Origin: Balanoglossus misakiensis
Lineage: Eukaryota; Animalia; Hemichordata
NCBI GenBank assembly: GCA_040954595.2
Contig: CM082582.2
Location: forward strand, 3,704,303 to 3,768,302
Length of the DNA stretch: 64,000 nt
Direction of reading: 5' to 3'
The notes beneath the pieces are model-generated. The model was given only the letters and a program-made list of their open reading frames with translations, was not told the DNA's origin and ran no database searches. The translations under genes were made by a program, and so were the position numbers. The first letter of the stretch is position 1, and every line of letters starts with the position of its first letter. This document shows positions 59,501 through 64,000 of this stretch, one piece after another.

Positions 59501-62500
59501 TTACAGATAACCTGAAACTAAAAGTTCTCTTCATCTTAAATGAAAATTCTTCCTATTTCATTCACAGAGAAAAAAACGATGGAGGAGAGAGATGTCTGAG
59601 ACAATTGGGAGAGAGAGACAGACGTGTAGAAGTGTTGCGATGCATGGTAAGTGATTTACAATAATTACAGATAACCTGAAACTAAGAGTTCTTTTCATCT
59701 TAAATGAAAATTCTTCCTATTTCATTCACAGAGAAAAAAACGATGGAGGAGAGAGATGTCTGAGACAATTGGGAGAGAGAGACAGACGTGTAGAAGTGTT
59801 GCGATGCATGGTAAGTGATTTACAATAATTACAGATAACCTGAAACTAAAGTTCTTTTCATCCTAAATGAAAATTCTTCCTATTTCATTCACAGAGAAAA
59901 AAACGATGGAGGAGAGAGATGTCTGAGACAATTGGGAGAGAGAGACAGACGCGTAGAAGTGTCGCGATGCATGGTAAGTGATTTACAATAATTACAGATA
60001 ACCTGAAACTAAAAGTTCTCTTCATCTTAAATGAAAATTCTTCCTATTTCATTCACAGAGAAAAAAACGATGGAGGAGAGAGATGTCTGAGACAATTGGG
60101 AGAGAGAGACAGACGTGTAGAAGTGTTGCGATGCATGGTAAGTGATTTACAATAATTACAGATAACCTGAAACTAAGAGTTCTTTTCATCTTAAATGAAA
60201 ATTCTTCCTATTTCATTCACAGAGAAAAAAACGATGGAGGAGAGAGATGTCTGAGACAATTGGGAGAGAGAGACAGACGCGTAGAAGTGTTGCGATGCAT
60301 GGTAAGTGATTTACAATAATTACAGATAACCTGAAACTAAAGTTCTTTTCATCCTAAATGAAAATTCTTCCTATTTCATTCACAGAGAAAAAAACGATGG
60401 AGGAGAGAGATGTCTGAGACAATTGGGAGAGAGAGACAGACGCTTAGAAGTGTTGCGATGCATGGTAAGTGATTTACAATAATTACAGATAACCTGAAAC
60501 TAAAAGTTCTTTTCATTTTAAATGAAAATTCTTCCTATTTCATTCACAGAGAAAAAAAGGATGGAGGAGAGAGATGTCTGAGACAATTGGGAGAGAGAGA
60601 CAGACGCTTAGAAGTGTTGCGATGCATGGTAAGTGATTTACAATAATTACAGATAACCTGAAACTAAAAGTTCTTTTCATTTTAAATGAAAATTCTTCCT
60701 ATTTCATTCACAGAGAAAAAAACGATGGAGGAGAGAGATGTCTGAGACAATTGGGAGAGAGAGACAGACGTGTAGAAGTGTTGCGATGCATGGTAAGTGA
60801 TTTACAATAATTACAGATAACCTGAAACTAAAAGTTCTTTTCATCTTAAATGAAAATTCTTCCTATTTCATTCACAGAGAAAAAAACGATGGAGGAGAGA
60901 GATGTCTGAGACAATTGGGAGAGAGAGACAGACGTGTAGAAGTGTTGCAATGCATGGTAAGTGATTTACAATAATTACAGATAACCTGAAACTAAAGTTC
61001 TTTTCATCCTACATGAAAATTCTTCCTATTTCATTCACAGAGAAAAAAACGATGGAGGAGAGAGATGTCTGAGACAATTGGGAGAGAGAGACAGACGTGT
61101 AGAAGTGTTGCGATGCATGGTAAGTGATTTACAATAATTACAGATAACCTGAAACTAAGAGTTCTTTTCATCTTAAATGAAAATTCTTCCTATTTCATTC
61201 ACAGAGAAAAAAAAGATGGAGGAGAGAGATGTCTGAGACAATTGGGAGAGAGAGACAGACGTGTAGAAGTGTTGCGATGCATGGTAAGTGATTTACAATA
61301 ATTACAGATAACCTGAAACTAAGAGTTCTTTTCATCTTAAATGAAAATTCTTCCTATTTCATTCACAGAGAAAAAAACGATGGAGGAGAGAGATGTCTGA
61401 GACAATTGGGAGAGAGAGACAGACGCGTAGAAGTGTTGCGATGCATGGTAAGTGATTTACAATAATTACAGATAACCTGAAACTAAAAGTTCTTTTCATC
61501 TTAAATGAATATTCTTCCTATTTCATTCACAGAGAAAAAAACGATGGAGGAGAGAGATGTCTGAGACAATTGGGAGAGAGAGACAGACGCGTAGAAGTGT
61601 TGCGATGCATGGTAAGTGATTTACAATAATTACAGATAACCTGAAACTAAAGTTCTTTTCATCCTAAATGAAAATTCTTCCTATTTCATTCACAGAGAAA
61701 AAAACGATGGAGGAGAGAGATGTCTGAGACAATTGGGAGAGAGAGACAGACGTGTAGAAGTGTTGCGATGCATGGTAAGTGATTTACAATAATTACAGAT
61801 AACCTGAAACTAAGAGTTCTTTTCATCTTAAATGAAAATTCTTCCTATTTCATTCACAGAGAAAAAAACGATGGAGGAGAGAGATGTCTGAGACAATTGG
61901 GAGAGAGAGACAGACGTGTAGAAGTGTTGCGATGCATGGTAAGTGATTTACAATAATTACAGATAACCTGAAACTAAGAGTTCTTTTCATCTTAAATGAA
62001 AATTCTTCCTATTTCATTCACAGAGAAAAAAACGATGGAGGAGAGAGATGTCTGAGACAATTGGGAGAGAGAGACAGACGTGTAGAAGTGTTGCGATGCA
62101 TGGTAAGTGATTTACAATAATTACAGATAACCTGAAACTAAAAGTTCTTTTCATCTTAAATGAATATTCTTCCTATTTCATTTACAGAGAATAAGGCATA
62201 CATGTAGGCAAATTGTCCGTAGACAGAGAGTAATTACAGATAACCTGAAACTAAAGTTCTTTTCATCCTAAATGAATATTCTTCCTATTTATAGGCAGAG
62301 GCAGAGTGTTGTACGGAGAATAGGAGCACGGGATGAAAAAGTAACAGCGTCTTTTATAATCCTTAATGAATATTCTTCCTATTTCATTTACAGAGATTTA
62401 GGTTTAGGCAAACATTACGGCGACAGTTAAGAGCAAGGGACGAAAAACTCACAGAGTTGCGATGCATGGTAAGTGATTTACAACAATTGTAGATATCCTG

Positions 62501-63843
62501 AAACTGAATTCTCTTTTCATATGTAACCAAGAAATAGCCAAACAAACACATTTCTGGAAATCACAGGAAAAAAACAGTAAAATCCTTAAATAAGAGCGAG
62601 TTCGAACATACGAGTCTTGTGCGTACTATCAACTATCTCTAATGTTGTACTGTCTTGGGTTTCTTTCAGTTGGGATAAGCTGCGCGGCTCGATAGAAGCC
62701 AAGTTGTACATGGAGAAATTAAACCACATGGATCAGGTCCTTAACACAATGGCTATGAAAACCAGACTATTGAGAATGTGGTTTAAAAATATCGCCATGG
62801 ACCCGGAACGCTAAAAGGTATAATGGTGAATCTTAACCCAGTGTGTGACCTTTTACATCCTGGCATTTTGTTGGTATGATTTAACCATTTTGAGTTTAAA
62901 CTCTGGATCAATCAACCTTACTTACTGAATCTGTGCACTGTAAATCACTGAATCTGTGCACTGTAAGGCAAAGTACACAGAAACACCACCATGCATTTTT
63001 GAGGCTCTAGACTTGTTTTGCAGATGGAATGAACTCCACAGTCAATGTCACGAGTCCAAGCAATGTTGAACGACGGACCGAAGTTCCACACGGCAAAGTA
63101 CACGGAATTTCACAACATCTCAACTTCAATTCAATGCTAGTTCCTTGGAGAAGTAAATTAGTCTCAGGTTGGTATGAAAACCGATAGTCAAAAACTCGCA
63201 TACCTGGAGGATGTCGAAGGATTCAAAATCACACACATCAAGAAGTAATGGCTGCCACAAAATCACCAGATCCTCCACCGGAACCCCAGGTGAACCAGAT
63301 GGTACCAGGTGATCCTCAAGACTCCCCAAGTTATTGAAGAAAGAAACAAGCACCCACCTCACTAAAAATCACCACCGAGGGCGCAAACTAGAAGTGCAAC
63401 TCCCACCATCACCGGAATCATGCCCTCTATGACACGATCTGGGATGTGTCTAAAGTTCTGTTATATTTAAAAAGCCTTCCTCTAGCAGAGGAGCTTACTT
63501 TAAAAATGCTTACACTGAAGCTGGTTATGTTGATGACGCGATGTGTATTATAGGGACAGAGACTACAACGTACCCAGACGACAGTTCCAGAGTCATTTGT
63601 TCAATGTTTCTTAACGAATTTGGCTAATTTGTGACCGTGTGAGAAATATAATCTCACACACCAAGGACCTGGGATCACGACGAGTGTGAGAAATATGATC
63701 CCAGGTCCTTGGGAGTGTGAGATTCTATTAATCTAGAATACTCACAGAGTTTGGACAGTAATTCCTGATAATATCATTGACTGCAATATCATTCTGGTGA
63801 AGTTTTGGACCTGTGTGATACCAGCCTACTATCTTCTCTCGAG
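50580..63843 (-). CDS. PSMD7: 26S proteasome non-ATPase regulatory subunit 7 (Rpn8/Mov34), last four exons; 5' exons lie beyond the window
   Basis: Exons (-): 63843-63746 ([33 protein letters not shown]), 52281-52201 ([27 protein letters not shown]), 51582-51491 ([30 protein letters not shown]), 51030-50580 ([25 protein letters not shown]...KD-rich tail); phases consistent. Confidence 0.96.
52453..52613 (+). mobile_element. PIF/Harbinger-like terminal region with repeated and inverted GCGTTCTCAC motifs
   Basis: gggcgttctcactgaa at 52453 with inverted ttcagtgagaacgc at ~52600-52613; further gtgagaac at 52523 and 52941; lies just upstream of a Myb/SANT-like ORF. Confidence 0.5.
52720..52899 (+). 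pseudogene. Truncated Myb/SANT-like (trihelix, MSANTD/Harbinger ORF1-type) DNA-binding domain, 59 aa
   Basis: [43 protein letters not shown]...*; the R..NWT..E...LL..W signature covers the first part of the domain only; good Kozak context accATGG; below the ORF-track cutoff. Confidence 0.65.
53075..54130 (+). repeat. Three ~350-380-bp paralogous intron-exon units encoding coiled-coil/spectrin-like peptides (exons 53140-53334, 53488-53688, 53847-54067)
   Basis: Each has a ttttttcctcag|GTTCTGC acceptor and a GAGACAAG|gtaggt donor; copy 3 reads [51 protein letters not shown]. Confidence 0.8.
54654..62187 (+). repeat. Tandem array of 46 near-identical 163-165-bp units, each a 79-nt exon-like plus 85-nt intron-like cassette
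   Basis: Unit: AGAAAAAAACGATGGAGGAG...GCGATGCATG|gtaagtgat...ttcttcctatttcattcacag|; 7534 bp = 46x164 + 1 - 11 one-base-shorter variants. Confidence 0.97.
63400..63540 (+). mobile_element. DIRS-type retrotransposon tyrosine recombinase fragment (degenerate; the relic probably extends ~62600-63540)
   Basis: Translates [36 protein letters not shown], matching the DIRS YR pattern Y..WDV..VL.YL......L.LK.LTLKL.ML. Confidence 0.7.
63648..63728. mobile_element. Palindromic repeat end (Crypton-associated type) next to the PSMD7 donor site
   Basis: aatctcacacaccaaggacctgggatca ... tgatcccaggtccttgggagtgtgagatt. Confidence 0.5.
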
Positions 63844-64000
63844 CTAAAGAAGGAAATCAGAGGTAATATTTCATTGAAATATTCAATACAAAATAACCTG
63901 TGTTGATTTAGACTAAAATTGTGTAGCGATTACGTAAACGTAAATGACACCGGTATTTCTATTTTACATTGATTGTTTATGCAACGGAAAGCCTTTGTTT

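Noticed and set aside
54654-62187. CRISPR-like repeat/spacer array
   Set aside because: Whole units are near-identical with no unique spacers, there are no cas genes, and the context is a eukaryotic intron.
54654-62187. Single long repeat-protein ORF
   Set aside because: The intron part contains stops and the ORF track shows no ORF of 60 aa or more here; the 79-nt exon shifts frame and hits TGA by the third spliced copy.
62924-62966. 23-bp-period duplication actgaatctgtgcactgtaa
   Set aside because: Simple local slippage duplication with nothing inserted between the copies.

Overview
This is AT-rich, intron-rich animal genomic DNA, probably from a marine invertebrate (taxon inferred only). 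Four host loci are readable: (1) a + strand PARP14/macro-PARP-like mono-ADP-ribosyltransferase (5' end outside the window, stop 30906) whose RRM/KH exons are triplicated at a 2829-bp period and whose 12.2-kb intron holds a tandem and nested array of Helentron-type (HINE/DINE-1-like) elements; (2) a - strand R3HCC1L-like locus with several frameshifts (probable unprocessed pseudogene); (3) a complete 5-exon METTL9 on +; (4) the last four exons of PSMD7/Rpn8 on -. The most unusual structure is in the 11.5-kb PSMD7 intron (52282-63745), on the opposite strand. In order, it contains a Harbinger-like end, a short Myb/SANT-like ORF, three paralogous coiled-coil/spectrin-like exons, two small exons, a 46-copy 164-bp tandem array in which every unit is a splice-competent exon+intron cassette, diverged exon copies at the array edge, and a DIRS tyrosine-recombinase relic. 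Many MITEs are scattered through the introns. Exon boundaries were read by eye from GT/AG signals and phase continuity; no database searches were run.
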